Shown: positions 1-8,944 of the stretch, one piece after another | Position numbering within the stretch: the stretch's first letter is position 1 | How the letters are laid out: every line of letters starts with the position of its first letter | DNA from: Bradymonadales bacterium | Lineage (GTDB): Bacteria; Bdellovibrionota; UBA2394 | Direction of reading: 5' to 3' | DNA length: 41,018 nt | Assembly: GCA_007693605.1 (NCBI GenBank) | Contig: REDG01000027.1 | Span: 1-41,018 of the forward strand | Position numbers and translations under genes: made by a program | Notes under the pieces: model-generated | Databases searched by the model: none | The model's input: the letters and a program-made list of their open reading frames with translations, nothing else | What the model was told of the DNA's origin: nothing

Positions 1-36
1 AGGCTAGCAAAGCTCTTTCAAAAGCTCGACTAAATT

Positions 37-450
37 CTAAGGGCCTGCCTCAATTTTTCTAGGACCTTGAGGCCGCCGCTTCCATCGGATTTCACCCTGA
101 CCGAAGCTTGTCTTTCCCCTGAGCACTAGCTCGCCCCCATCCCATCGGAAATCTCGCCGAAGACTCTGTCCAATCCTCCAGGCCTCATTGCTATGCCAAA
201 TCTCATGAATCACGGAACTTTCTTGAATCCTATAGGCCCCGGCATAGAACAGCTCACGAACTTCTGCTGTCGGATCTCCCCAAGAAATCGCCACACTCAT
301 GATGCCTTCAGTAGTATAAATCAACAAACCCCTGGCCCCAGGTCCGCTCTCAACCCAGGCCCCGCCCTCATCTTGAACGAGATGAGAGACCAAGTCCCAA
401 ACTCCTAAAAAGTCAGACGCATGGGCCTCCGATTTCACTGGTCCGGACAT
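37..450 (-). CDS. Lipocalin-like domain protein
   Basis: GxWxL motif (FLGVWDLVSH), GLLIYT.eG.MSV and FYAGAY motifs; start moved to ATG 450, preceded by AGGAGGAG SD and overlapping the trhO end. Confidence 0.7.
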   Translation of the reverse strand: MSGPVKSEAHASDFLGVWDLVSHLVQDEGGAWVESGPGARGLLIYTTEGIMSVAISWGDPTAEVRELFYAGAYRIQESSVIHEIWHSNEAWRIGQSLRRDFRWDGGELVLRGKTSFGQGEIRWKRRPQGPRKIEAGP

Positions 451-1271
451 GATGGATTCTCCTCCTGACATCGTGCACAGAGCTGCAGAAGGCCTGGCTC
501 GACCAAATTCTCCTCTGACCTTTCGATGATCCCTCGACAAGATCGACACTCAAGGTCTTTCACAACCTCGAGATTTTTGTTTACCGCCACGCGATGATCA
601 AAAACAAAACAACTCCCTTCAAAATGTTCCCCCTGACACTTTTCAAAGTACTTCAAAATACCGCCCTCAAGTTGAAGAACATTCTCAAAGCCGTGCTTTC
701 TCATCAGAGGAGCTGCCTTTTCGCAGCGAATCCCTCCTGTACAATAAGTGACAATCTTTTTTTTCTTCCACTCCTCAGGAAAACTCTGAAGAACTTCCGG
801 AAAACGCGAGAAGTGATCGAGCTTTAAATTGATGGCTCCCTGAAAATGACCCATCCGGTACTCAAAATCCTTTCTCGCATCTAAGACAATAAGGTCCTCG
901 CCCTGATCCAAGAGTTTCTTGAAGTCTTCTGCGTCGATTCTTCTCGCCCCGTCATTGATTGGGTCGATCTCAGGACAGCGAATCGTGACGATCTCTCTTT
1001 TAACTCTTACAAAAAACTTCTTAAAGGGGTTCGACTTCGACCAAGTCTTCTGAAACTCCAGGTTCTCAAACTCCGAAAACTTCCGAAGATCTTCGGCAAA
1101 GGCTTCGACAGAACTGACAGGGCCCGCCAAGAAGGCATTAATCCCCTCTTTGGCCAAAAGAATGCTGCCCTTGATTCCTCGATCCGACCCCAATTGATAA
1201 AGACGATCTCGAAGAGCCTCCACAGCCTCCAACGAAACAAAGCGATAGCCAGACAAGTTCAAAATCGACAC
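435..1271 (-). CDS. trhO: Rhodanese-domain tRNA U34 hydroxylase (YceA/TrhO family)
   Basis: GSILLAKEGIN, LDARKDFEY..GHFQGA, YCTGGIRCEKA, LEGGILKY, CFVFDHR motifs; start set at GTG 1271 from expected family N-terminus and promoter position. Confidence 0.85.
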   Translation of the reverse strand: MSILNLSGYRFVSLEAVEALRDRLYQLGSDRGIKGSILLAKEGINAFLAGPVSSVEAFAEDLRKFSEFENLEFQKTWSKSNPFKKFFVRVKREIVTIRCPEIDPINDGARRIDAEDFKKLLDQGEDLIVLDARKDFEYRMGHFQGAINLKLDHFSRFPEVLQSFPEEWKKKKIVTYCTGGIRCEKAAPLMRKHGFENVLQLEGGILKYFEKCQGEHFEGSCFVFDHRVAVNKNLEVVKDLECRSCRGIIERSEENLVEPGLLQLCARCQEENPSCPDQ

Positions 1272-1278
1272 AAGCCTC

Positions 1279-1307
1279 TGATTAGCAAAATTCCAGAGGG
1301 GGGTCAA
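1279..1307 (-). promoter_or_regulatory. Putative sigma70 promoter of trhO
   Basis: TTGACC-17bp-TAATCA with extended TG, 7 nt before GTG 1271. Confidence 0.55.
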
Positions 1308-1317
1308 AAACTCGAAG

Positions 1318-1445
1318 AAGAGAGGGGCCCCAAGGGCCGTCGGCTCCACCACCTCAATGCCCGTTTCACCCCGCTGGCAGATCTCAAAGCTGATGGTCCG
1401 GCCCCTTAACGGCCTCCGCTTCGACAACAGCCCGATCCCTCTCTT
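1318..1445 (-). ncRNA. Unassigned structured RNA candidate
   Basis: Terminal helix AAGAGAGGG/CCCUCUCUU, second helix GGGCUGUUG/CGACGGCCC (G-U pairs work only on minus strand), inner helices; GC-rich intergenic island. Confidence 0.45.
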
Positions 1446-1478
1446 TTTTGAAATCTAAGGCTCTGCTAAGCTTCTCAA

Positions 1479-2582
1479 ATGTCAAAGCACAAAAACCGAG
1501 TCTTGAATTTTGGAGCCGGACCCAGTCTGTTGCCAGAGAAAGTCATCGAGCAGCTTCAGCAATCTCTTTGGAACTTTCAAGGCTCAGGCATGGGACTACT
1601 AGAAATCTACCACCGAAGCAGCCTTTTCGATGAAGTGATGGAAGAGCTTGAGTATCGTTTCAGAAAAATCCTCAAACTCGATGAATCATCTCACATCTTC
1701 TTTCTGCCCGGAGGCGCTAGCTTTCTGTTCGCCGCCATCCCCCTAAATTTTTTAAAGAAAGATCAGGCGGCGGGATTTCTTCATAGCGGTTATTGGACAG
1801 ACAAAGCCATAGCTGAAACAAAGCGCATTGGAGAGGCTCGATTGTTGGCGAGCTCCGAAGCCGATCAATTTCTCTGCCTTCCGACTCTCCCAACGGCCAC
1901 TGATACAAAGGATGTCTGTTACATTCAATACTGTTCGAACAATACGATTGAGGGAACCCAATGGCACAGTCTGCCCAGATTTGAGAACACTCCCGTCGTG
2001 GTCGATATGTCGTCTGATATTCTGTCGCGAGAACTCGACTTTAATCAGTTCGACTTGATCTTTGGGGGCTTGCAGAAGAATCTAGGTGCTGCCGGCATTG
2101 CTGTTTGCGTGATTAGAGACTCCTTTCTTCAAAGCTCAAACAAAGGGCTTCCCATTTTCTTTCAGCTCTCCGCTCACCTAACGGCGGGGTCTCGTCTCAA
2201 CACCCCTCACACCCTTGGCCTATACTTATGTCTTCTGATGCTGAGATGGCTGGAGGATCAGGGGGGCCTTATCGCCATTGGCGAAGAAAACCGGCGAAAG
2301 GCTGAATTTCTTTATGAGTATCTCGATCAGTCTTCTGTTTTCGAAGCCCCCGTCAGAGAGGCTGATCGATCTCATATGAATATTGTTTTTGATCTAAAGC
2401 CTGAACACAAAGAACAGGAAGAGAGGTTTCTGTCGGAGGCAGAAGATGGGGGATTTCTTTCTTTGGCTGGCCACCGCTCTCGGGGAGGCTTTCGTGCGTC
2501 TTTGTACAACGCTCAGAGCTTCGATTCCGTCAGAGCCCTAACCCTATTTATGGAAAAATTTGAAAGTAAAATCAAAGCCTAG
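1479..2582 (+). CDS. serC: Phosphoserine aminotransferase
   Basis: NFGAGPS, NNTIEGTQ, DMSSDILS, QKNLG (PLP lysine), GHRSRGGFRASLYNA. Confidence 0.95.
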   Translation: MSKHKNRVLNFGAGPSLLPEKVIEQLQQSLWNFQGSGMGLLEIYHRSSLFDEVMEELEYRFRKILKLDESSHIFFLPGGASFLFAAIPLNFLKKDQAAGFLHSGYWTDKAIAETKRIGEARLLASSEADQFLCLPTLPTATDTKDVCYIQYCSNNTIEGTQWHSLPRFENTPVVVDMSSDILSRELDFNQFDLIFGGLQKNLGAAGIAVCVIRDSFLQSSNKGLPIFFQLSAHLTAGSRLNTPHTLGLYLCLLMLRWLEDQGGLIAIGEENRRKAEFLYEYLDQSSVFEAPVREADRSHMNIVFDLKPEHKEQEERFLSEAEDGGFLSLAGHRSRGGFRASLYNAQSFDSVRALTLFMEKFESKIKA

Positions 2583-2589
2583 ATGGCAC

Positions 2590-3933
2590 TTAAGCGACCA
2601 CTTGCAGGAACACCGCACTGGCCACTGCAAAATAGATAATCAAACCTGTGACATCCACAAAGGTCGCAACAAAGGGCGCCGAAGCCGTTGCGGGGTCTAA
2701 GCCCAGTCGCCTTAAAGCAAAGGGAAGCATACATCCAACAACCGTCCCCCATAGAACAATGAGTACAACGCTCAATGAAACGGTTAGCGCCAAGAACCAA
2801 TACAAGAAAAATGGATCCATATCTCTACCAGGCCAAACCATTACCCGCAGAAAGCCAAGAACTCCCAATAGCACCCCCAAACTAAGGCCCACAAAAGACT
2901 CTCTGAATAAGACCCTCCACCAATCTCTCAATCGGATTTGGCCCAGAGCCATGGCACGAATGACGAGAGTGGAAGCTTGTGAACCCGAATTTCCGCCGCT
3001 TGCAATAATCAGGGGAATGAATAGCGTCAACACAATGGCTCGTTCTAATTCGGCCTCATAGAATTCAATCGCGCTCGCGGTAAATGTCGAGCCCACAAAC
3101 AGAATTGCCAACCACCCCACTCGCTTGCGAACCATTTCAAAGAAACTGGTTTGAAGGTAGGGCGCATCGAGAGCCGATTGTGCGCCCATTTTTTGGATGT
3201 CTTCAGTGGCCTCTTCTTCGACCACACTAATCATATCGTCAACCGTGACAACCCCCTTCATTCGATTGTTCTCGTCAACGACGGGAATTGCGTTCAGACC
3301 GGATTGGGAAAAAACCCGACTTAGCTCTTCTTGCTCCATATTTTCTCGGACAGTAATCAAGTCCTTTTCCATGATGGCATCCACTCGTTTGTCTGGTGGA
3401 GCTGCAAAAAGAGTTCGAAGTGAAACCACACCGTGTAAGCTCTGATCAATTCCCAAAACATAGATATAGCGCAAGCTCTCTAGATAATCGGTCGCTTGAA
3501 TTCGAACATAAGTGAGAGCTTCCCGAACAGACATCTCAGCACGAATTCTAGGAAAGCGGGGACTCATCAAACCCCCAGCCTGATCTTCTTTGTATGCAAG
3601 AAGTGCTGCCACTTCACTTCGAGAACGTTCATCCAAGAGCTGTAAAAGTGACGGTCTGAATTCTTCATCCGAAGCTTGAATCAAGTCGGCGGCATCATCT
3701 GGCGGCAACAGCCGCATCCATGATCGTCTCTCTAGTTCTGGAATCTCCAGCAAAAGCTCAGACTGATCTTCAGAGCTTAAACTCAAAAAAAGCTCTTCTG
3801 CATCCACTCGAACAAGTGAACGAAATCGCTCCTGCCTTTCTTCAGGCGAAAGAGAGGGCCAATCCTTCCACGCAAGATCCAAAGCCAGCGCCTCGTCTTC
3901 GTTCTCCTGGTTTTCAATTGGCTCTTGGCTCAT
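2590..3933 (-). CDS. mgtE: Magnesium transporter MgtE
   Basis: MgtE_N domain, CBS pair, GGNSGSQ and DPATASAPFVATFVDVTG motifs. Confidence 0.95.
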   Translation of the reverse strand: MSQEPIENQENEDEALALDLAWKDWPSLSPEERQERFRSLVRVDAEELFLSLSSEDQSELLLEIPELERRSWMRLLPPDDAADLIQASDEEFRPSLLQLLDERSRSEVAALLAYKEDQAGGLMSPRFPRIRAEMSVREALTYVRIQATDYLESLRYIYVLGIDQSLHGVVSLRTLFAAPPDKRVDAIMEKDLITVRENMEQEELSRVFSQSGLNAIPVVDENNRMKGVVTVDDMISVVEEEATEDIQKMGAQSALDAPYLQTSFFEMVRKRVGWLAILFVGSTFTASAIEFYEAELERAIVLTLFIPLIIASGGNSGSQASTLVIRAMALGQIRLRDWWRVLFRESFVGLSLGVLLGVLGFLRVMVWPGRDMDPFFLYWFLALTVSLSVVLIVLWGTVVGCMLPFALRRLGLDPATASAPFVATFVDVTGLIIYFAVASAVFLQVVA

Positions 3934-4613
3934 AAATCACCACCAGAGATGTCCTCCATCTCATAGACTCTTTTCTCAAAGCTGTCCCTTTTGGCCTCCT
4001 TTAACATCACTCCAGCCAACGAAGAAGTCGAACAACTCAAAAGATGTCTTTTCCCAAAAAGACGCCCGACGGGACTGCGCACTAGGCTTAGAAGAATCCC
4101 TTCTCCTAGCCGAGACTCTGGCCTCTGGCCCTCCAAAAGGGAAGGTCGAAAAATTTGAATCTGGGGGATGGGCAAGGCCAAGATCTCTCTTTCAATCTCG
4201 GCCTTTGTCCGAAAGTAAAGCCAAGGCGACCGCAAATTCGCAGATCTGGCGCTAACAAGAGAGAATTTCGGTATCCCTCGATACACACAGAGTCGACCCA
4301 ATTTGCGAACAAACTCAAAGTCCACTCTTCGAAACTCATGGGGGCTCTTTGCTTTCTTTCGTGTCGTTCCCAGACAACAAAACAAAATCTCTGCTCGAAC
4401 TTCGCTGGCCACAGACCAAAGATCCTCAAAGTCTGTTTTGATCCATTCCAGTTTCGGATGGCGGTGAGGGGGTTCTCGACGACCCAGAACCAGAACCTTT
4501 GAAATCTCTGAATCCGCAAACAGCTGCAACAAAAGTTCGGAGCCCACCAAGCCGGTCGCCCCTGCAAGTAGGACCGATTTCTCTTGATTGGAATGCCCCG
4601 AAGTCTTTCTCAC
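3930..4613 (-). CDS. NAD(P)H-binding oxidoreductase (YraR/TIP30-like)
   Basis: GATGLVG Rossmann motif, CCLGTT, FRRVDFE, YFRTK, RPSLL. Confidence 0.85.
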   Translation of the reverse strand: MRKTSGHSNQEKSVLLAGATGLVGSELLLQLFADSEISKVLVLGRREPPHRHPKLEWIKTDFEDLWSVASEVRAEILFCCLGTTRKKAKSPHEFRRVDFEFVRKLGRLCVYRGIPKFSLVSARSANLRSPWLYFRTKAEIEREILALPIPQIQIFRPSLLEGQRPESRLGEGILLSLVRSPVGRLFGKRHLLSCSTSSLAGVMLKEAKRDSFEKRVYEMEDISGGDL

Positions 4614-4632
4614 CCCATACTCAATCGTTCAA

Positions 4633-5031
4633 CTACGAAAGAGGAAGAATCTTACTCTTCAAAATGGCAAACCTTCCACCACCCGTCAAAGCGAGTGCAA
4701 TGAAGCCTCCCATAAACAAGAATGCAAGTTCCTTTCTGCCAAAAGGGTCGTCGGCATGAAAAATGAAGAAGGCCACCATCATAGTGATCACGAGAGGAAT
4801 GCTGGCCAATCTTGTGAGAACCCCCAAAATCACCAGAATGGCACAAAACACCTCTGCAAAGACCGCTAGACTCAGGCTGAGCCCTGAGCCTAGAAAACCA
4901 AGAGGGTCAGGAAAGCTTTGTGATCGCTCGCCAAAGTTTGCTAGCTTCCCCCAACCGTGAGCGAAGAGCATGGTTCCCCCCAGCCAAACTCGGAGGACCA
5001 AGATTCCAATATCCTGCAAAAGTGAATTCAT
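4633..5031 (-). CDS. DoxX family membrane protein
   Basis: LRVWLG..LFAHGWGKL, FPDPLG, AEV, KELA; 4 hydrophobic segments. Confidence 0.9.
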   Translation of the reverse strand: MNSLLQDIGILVLRVWLGGTMLFAHGWGKLANFGERSQSFPDPLGFLGSGLSLSLAVFAEVFCAILVILGVLTRLASIPLVITMMVAFFIFHADDPFGRKELAFLFMGGFIALALTGGGRFAILKSKILPLS

Positions 5032-5111
5032 TCAAAACATCCTTTCTGGACAGTAGCTTCCTCCTTGTCGAGGCTTCTAATCAAGGAAAAAGACTGCTAA
5101 GTATGGGGCCG

Positions 5112-5792
5112 ATGACAGCCGTTCAAAAAAAGAAATTTGGCGCCCTTGAAGCGCTGGAAATTTGCCCTCAAGAATATGCTCAGGTTGTTGTTTTGTTGCA
5201 CGGATATGGGGCCAATATGGGGGATCTAATTGGACTCTCTCAGCTGAATCATCAAACGCGATGGATCTGCTTCAACGCCCCGGTTTTGCTTGGGACTCAA
5301 ATGGAACACGAGTTTCGGGCCTGGTTTGATTTTCCCCAGGAGCTGCTGGCCTCATCCACTCAGGCGAGAGAATACTCGGGATTTATTGAACACTGCCGCG
5401 AAGGCTTTGAAGAAGCCTATTCTGCTCTAGTGAACGCTCTCGAAAACATCGGAGAACCCCCTGAAAAAATTCGAATTGGAGGTTTTAGCCAAGGAGCCCT
5501 GATGGCGATCCACTGTTTCTTAAATTCTAAAGACGACCTTCATTCCCTTCTGTGCCTCTCTGGAATGAACCCAAAAATTCTTGGGTGGGAGGAGCTGATT
5601 TCTAAAAGAACTCCACGCCCAGTCTTTCAAAGTCATGGGACTGAAGATCCACTTCTCGATTTTTTTTGTGCAGAAGACTTGGCAAAGTGCTTTAAATCAC
5701 ACGCCTGGCCCATTGAATGGCATCCATTTGAAGGGGGGCATCAAATCCCGCCGGCCGTCATCGCCAGCCTGAGGAGTTTCATTTCAAAGTGA
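5112..5792 (+). CDS. Phospholipase/carboxylesterase (alpha/beta hydrolase)
   Basis: LLHGYGA, GGFSQGA nucleophile elbow, HGTEDP, GGH; start at 5103 or 5112. Confidence 0.9.
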   Translation: MTAVQKKKFGALEALEICPQEYAQVVVLLHGYGANMGDLIGLSQLNHQTRWICFNAPVLLGTQMEHEFRAWFDFPQELLASSTQAREYSGFIEHCREGFEEAYSALVNALENIGEPPEKIRIGGFSQGALMAIHCFLNSKDDLHSLLCLSGMNPKILGWEELISKRTPRPVFQSHGTEDPLLDFFCAEDLAKCFKSHAWPIEWHPFEGGHQIPPAVIASLRSFISK

Positions 5793-6742
5793 ATTCTATA
5801 TGGCATCAACTCGATCAAGCTCGAACGGATCTTTCGGACGGCAAGTTGTGTGCGATTCCGACCGAAACAGTCTATGGCCTCGCAGCTCGCTTCGATCATC
5901 CTGAAGCTATCCTGAAGATATTCGAAGTGAAAGAGCGGCCGTTTTTTGATCCTCTCATTCTACATATTGGTCGTTTGCAGCAGATTGAGGAGTTAACAGA
6001 GGAGTTTTCAGAGTTAGCTGAAGGCTTGGCTAAAGAATTTTGGCCCGGACCGATGACGATGGTTCTAAAGAAATCTCTCAAAGTAGATGAACGGATCACC
6101 GCCGGGCTTGAGACTGTCGGAATTAGAATGCCCTCCCACCCCCTTTGCCTCCGACTGTTGCGAAACCTTCGCTCGGCTGTGGCGGCCCCAAGCGCCAACC
6201 GCTTCGGAAAGACAAGCCCCACCAGGGCTTCTCATATTCGAGAAGAGTTTCCAGATCAGAATTTTTTTATTCTCGATGGAGGCGACTCATCTTTAGGCAT
6301 TGAGTCTACCGTTCTGAGACCCGACAAACAGAAAATCCAGATCTTGCGCCCTGGACCCATTGGAGAAACTCAGTTGCGCGCATTCCTTGTAAAATTCGAA
6401 CTCTCGCATATAGAGATTACAACTGAATCGAGCCAACACTCTCCTGGGCATATGAAACACCACTACCAACCCGCTATTCCTCTGGTGTGGTCGCAGCGAC
6501 CCGTTCTTTCATCGAGTGATCTTGAGTCTATTCAACGAAATCTCAGAGTCTCTAATCTTCGCCATAAGAGTCTCGACCTACCCAGAGACGCGAAGCTCGC
6601 GGCTCGCGTTCTCTATTCGCAGCTTCGAGAGCTTTCACAAGCACCGATTGATTTTATCTTTTTCTGTCCCCCTTTAGATGCAGAAGGGGATTGGACCGCA
6701 GTCTATGACCGACTCAGTAAGGCAAGTTCACTTCAAATCTAG
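5789..6742 (+). CDS. tsaC: Threonylcarbamoyl-AMP synthase, Sua5 type with C-terminal domain
   Basis: PTETVYGL, FWPGP, APSAN, GIESTV, SPG..KHHYQP linker plus Sua5 C domain. Confidence 0.93.
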   Translation: MNSIWHQLDQARTDLSDGKLCAIPTETVYGLAARFDHPEAILKIFEVKERPFFDPLILHIGRLQQIEELTEEFSELAEGLAKEFWPGPMTMVLKKSLKVDERITAGLETVGIRMPSHPLCLRLLRNLRSAVAAPSANRFGKTSPTRASHIREEFPDQNFFILDGGDSSLGIESTVLRPDKQKIQILRPGPIGETQLRAFLVKFELSHIEITTESSQHSPGHMKHHYQPAIPLVWSQRPVLSSSDLESIQRNLRVSNLRHKSLDLPRDAKLAARVLYSQLRELSQAPIDFIFFCPPLDAEGDWTAVYDRLSKASSLQI

Positions 6743-6753
6743 TGGCCCACTAG
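6739..6753. repeat. Collapsed CTAGTGG/CCACTAG element footprint
   Basis: CTAGTGGcCCACTAG; supplies both TAG stops of convergent tsaC and HEPN genes; ends match the element at 15260-15526. Confidence 0.55.
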
Positions 6754-7166
6754 TGATCTTTTATGAATTTTTTTAAGTCCTTCGAAATACTGTTCAAAAA
6801 ACGGATCACTGACAGGGCCTCATCTGAACTGTATTCTTGGGTCGGAACAAAATCTCGCGCTCCACAAAATGAAAGCTCTCTATCTTTTCTCAGCTTTCTT
6901 GACCACTCAGCGATCTCGTCAACCCGCTTGAAAAAAGGAGGTGGAACATTTTTTCGAACAGGAAGTAGCTCTTTACCTGGATCATGAGAGTGTGTGGGCT
7001 CAACTCCAATACACCGAAGCAGGCCCTTGGTGAAAAGCTCCAAGGCTTCTTGCCCCTCACGAATCACATCGGAGTAGGCTTTCCTCTTCTGAAACTCCTC
7101 AAGTATCTCAGCCCTAACTAAAAACTTCTCAAAATAGGCCTTTGCAAGCGCATCACTTATCTCCAC
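6750..7166 (-). CDS. HEPN domain protein
   Basis: YSDVIREGQEALEL..KGLLR..GVEP..HD, RKDRELSF.G; directly downstream of and overlapping an MNT; GTG start 7166. Confidence 0.8.
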   Translation of the reverse strand: MEISDALAKAYFEKFLVRAEILEEFQKRKAYSDVIREGQEALELFTKGLLRCIGVEPTHSHDPGKELLPVRKNVPPPFFKRVDEIAEWSRKLRKDRELSFCGARDFVPTQEYSSDEALSVIRFLNSISKDLKKFIKDH

Positions 7167-7803
7167 TTCCAAGTTCTCCCTTTGCCCTGCCCGGTCGACT
7201 GAACTCCTCGTTCTCTCATATTCTCTAAGACCTGCTTCCTCCAAGCACTGTAGGCGTTTGACTTCTTCCAAATGAGAATCCCATCTTGAGCGATTGAAAA
7301 ATAAACAGCAGGAAGACTCTTAGAAGACAGTTCCGTCGGAAGAAAAACACAAGAAAACTCGCCCGGCACTCCATGTTTGGCAAGCTCTCGCATCTCAAAA
7401 CTCAAATGCTCAAGCATCTCTTCAGTGAACTGGTGTCGAGAATCAAGACCTCCCATGTCGTTACTAAAAATAGCCAAATCAAAATCCGAAGTATTTAGAG
7501 CTGTTTCAGTCGCGCGTGATCCATACAAAACAAGTGCTCCAGTTTGAAAACTTTTTGAGTTTCCGCAAAGTTTCGAAGCTTCGGAAAGATGGCGTCCTTC
7601 AAAAATCGGCTCACCTCTGAATTCAACCAGAGTTCGGGCGCAGGTTTAGCCGTGGCCATCTTCGAGTCTAGACGCTCCAACCTCAGGGGATACAGGCTCA
7701 AGACACCATCAGACTCGACCAATTCAAACAGCTTCTGCTGACGAAAGGGCTGAGGCAATTGAATGCGGCCGCGGTTGTCGGCCATTAAGATCTTCTTTCC
7801 CAT
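7157..7803 (-). pseudogene. AbrB/MraZ-like N-domain fused to minimal nucleotidyltransferase (MNT), split by a -1 frameshift
   Basis: Frame A (7803-7495): MGKKILMADNRGRIQLPQPFR; frame B: ALVLYGSRA...SDFDLAIF (GSx10DxD); one extra base near 7537 joins them as KLEALVLYGSRA. Confidence 0.65.
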
Positions 7804-7826
7804 CCGTAACATTGTAACATATGGGA
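7798..7826 (-). promoter_or_regulatory. Extended -10 promoter with candidate operator
   Basis: TGtTACAAT 7 nt before ATG 7803; TCCCAT..ATGGGA inverted repeat enclosing two direct GTAACAT copies. Confidence 0.5.
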
Positions 7827-7855
7827 GAAATGAAGGAAATCCCGCCTAAGCCGGC

Positions 7856-8863
7856 TTAGGCCTTCTTTTTCATGATTTCAGTTGCCCGATCCTTGGCGTT
7901 TTCAAACTCCCGAGAGCTCACTCGACCATTGCTTGAGGGCTCTTCTGCTGCAAGTTTCTTCATTTGCTGAACCCGCTCTCGGCTCGGAGGGTGAGTACTC
8001 ATGGCGTCTGCCATGGTCGAAAGAATGGGAAGCCGCTGCTGATTTCGAGCCCTTTCCATTTCGTAGAGCTTTTCGTAAAAGTCTCCGACCCGCTTCCGAT
8101 CAAATCCGGCCTGTACGGAGGTACGAAATCCAATGCGATCGGCCTCCATCTCGTCTTCTCGAGAATGAGCCATAAACGCAAACTGCTGAATCATCAGGCT
8201 CGCGCCCGCCCCGACTCCGGCTCCCGCTGCAGACACTTTCGCAACACACTCTCGATCTCGAGGAGGGCATATCAACTGGGCCAAACCAAATCCGGCCCCC
8301 GCGCCCAAGATCGCAGAGCCCAGAGTCGTCAGCAGATTCCTGGTCCTTTGGCGCTCCATTCGATCAATCCTCTCAGCCGTATGACGAGCCTGCACATGCC
8401 CAACCTCATGCCCGACAACGCCCGCAAGTTCCGCCTCCGTCTCAGCCATCGCAATTAGAGGCGCAGTCACAAACACCGTTCCGGCAGGAAGCGCAAAGGC
8501 GTTCACCATTTTCGTCTCAACCACTCCAAACTCATAATAGTAGGGGTTCGCCTCCAGACCATTGGCCACCACCACCTCTTCCCCCAATTGAGAAACATAC
8601 TTTTGCAATCCAGAATCCTTTAGGGGAGGAAACTCCTTTTGCATCTGAGGCAGAAACTCTTTCGTCATTCTTCTCTCGTCTTCCACGGTCAACCGAGTCT
8701 CTTGTCCGGTATTGTCCCCCTCGCGATATCGATGTCGACTTGGGCTCCCGCAGGCGGCCAACAAGAAAGGAAGCGCTTTCAAAAACGATCTTCGTCCAGA
8801 TGGGGTCGAGACCAGTTGATTCAGTTCTGTATGGAGTTCTTCAGTTGCTGGTTTCGATTTCAT
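7856..8863 (-). CDS. M48 family zinc metallopeptidase, probable Tat lipoprotein
   Basis: RRSFLK and LAAC signal, NAFALPAG, HEVGH, E.EAD, STHP. Confidence 0.9.
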   Translation of the reverse strand: MKSKPATEELHTELNQLVSTPSGRRSFLKALPFLLAACGSPSRHRYREGDNTGQETRLTVEDERRMTKEFLPQMQKEFPPLKDSGLQKYVSQLGEEVVVANGLEANPYYYEFGVVETKMVNAFALPAGTVFVTAPLIAMAETEAELAGVVGHEVGHVQARHTAERIDRMERQRTRNLLTTLGSAILGAGAGFGLAQLICPPRDRECVAKVSAAGAGVGAGASLMIQQFAFMAHSREDEMEADRIGFRTSVQAGFDRKRVGDFYEKLYEMERARNQQRLPILSTMADAMSTHPPSRERVQQMKKLAAEEPSSNGRVSSREFENAKDRATEIMKKKA

Positions 8864-8944
8864 CGTCCTAAAAATTCCCAAAATTGCCGCCTCTGTCACT
8901 GAGAATTTGCCAATTAGTGGTCCAACCGCTAAAAAGCCCTTCAA

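Noticed and set aside
1272..1427. 52-aa N-terminal extension of TrhO given by the ORF track
   Set aside because: Runs through the structured-RNA candidate; a good promoter sits just before GTG 1271
1318..1445. FMN riboswitch (GCGGGGTGAAA), 5S rRNA (GTGAAACG) or SRP RNA
   Set aside because: Only short words match; flanking conserved motifs of each family are absent
7844..7861. Palindrome GCCTAAGCCGGCTTAGGC at the M48 stop as a terminator
   Set aside because: No proper loop or U-tract on the coding strand; function unsupported
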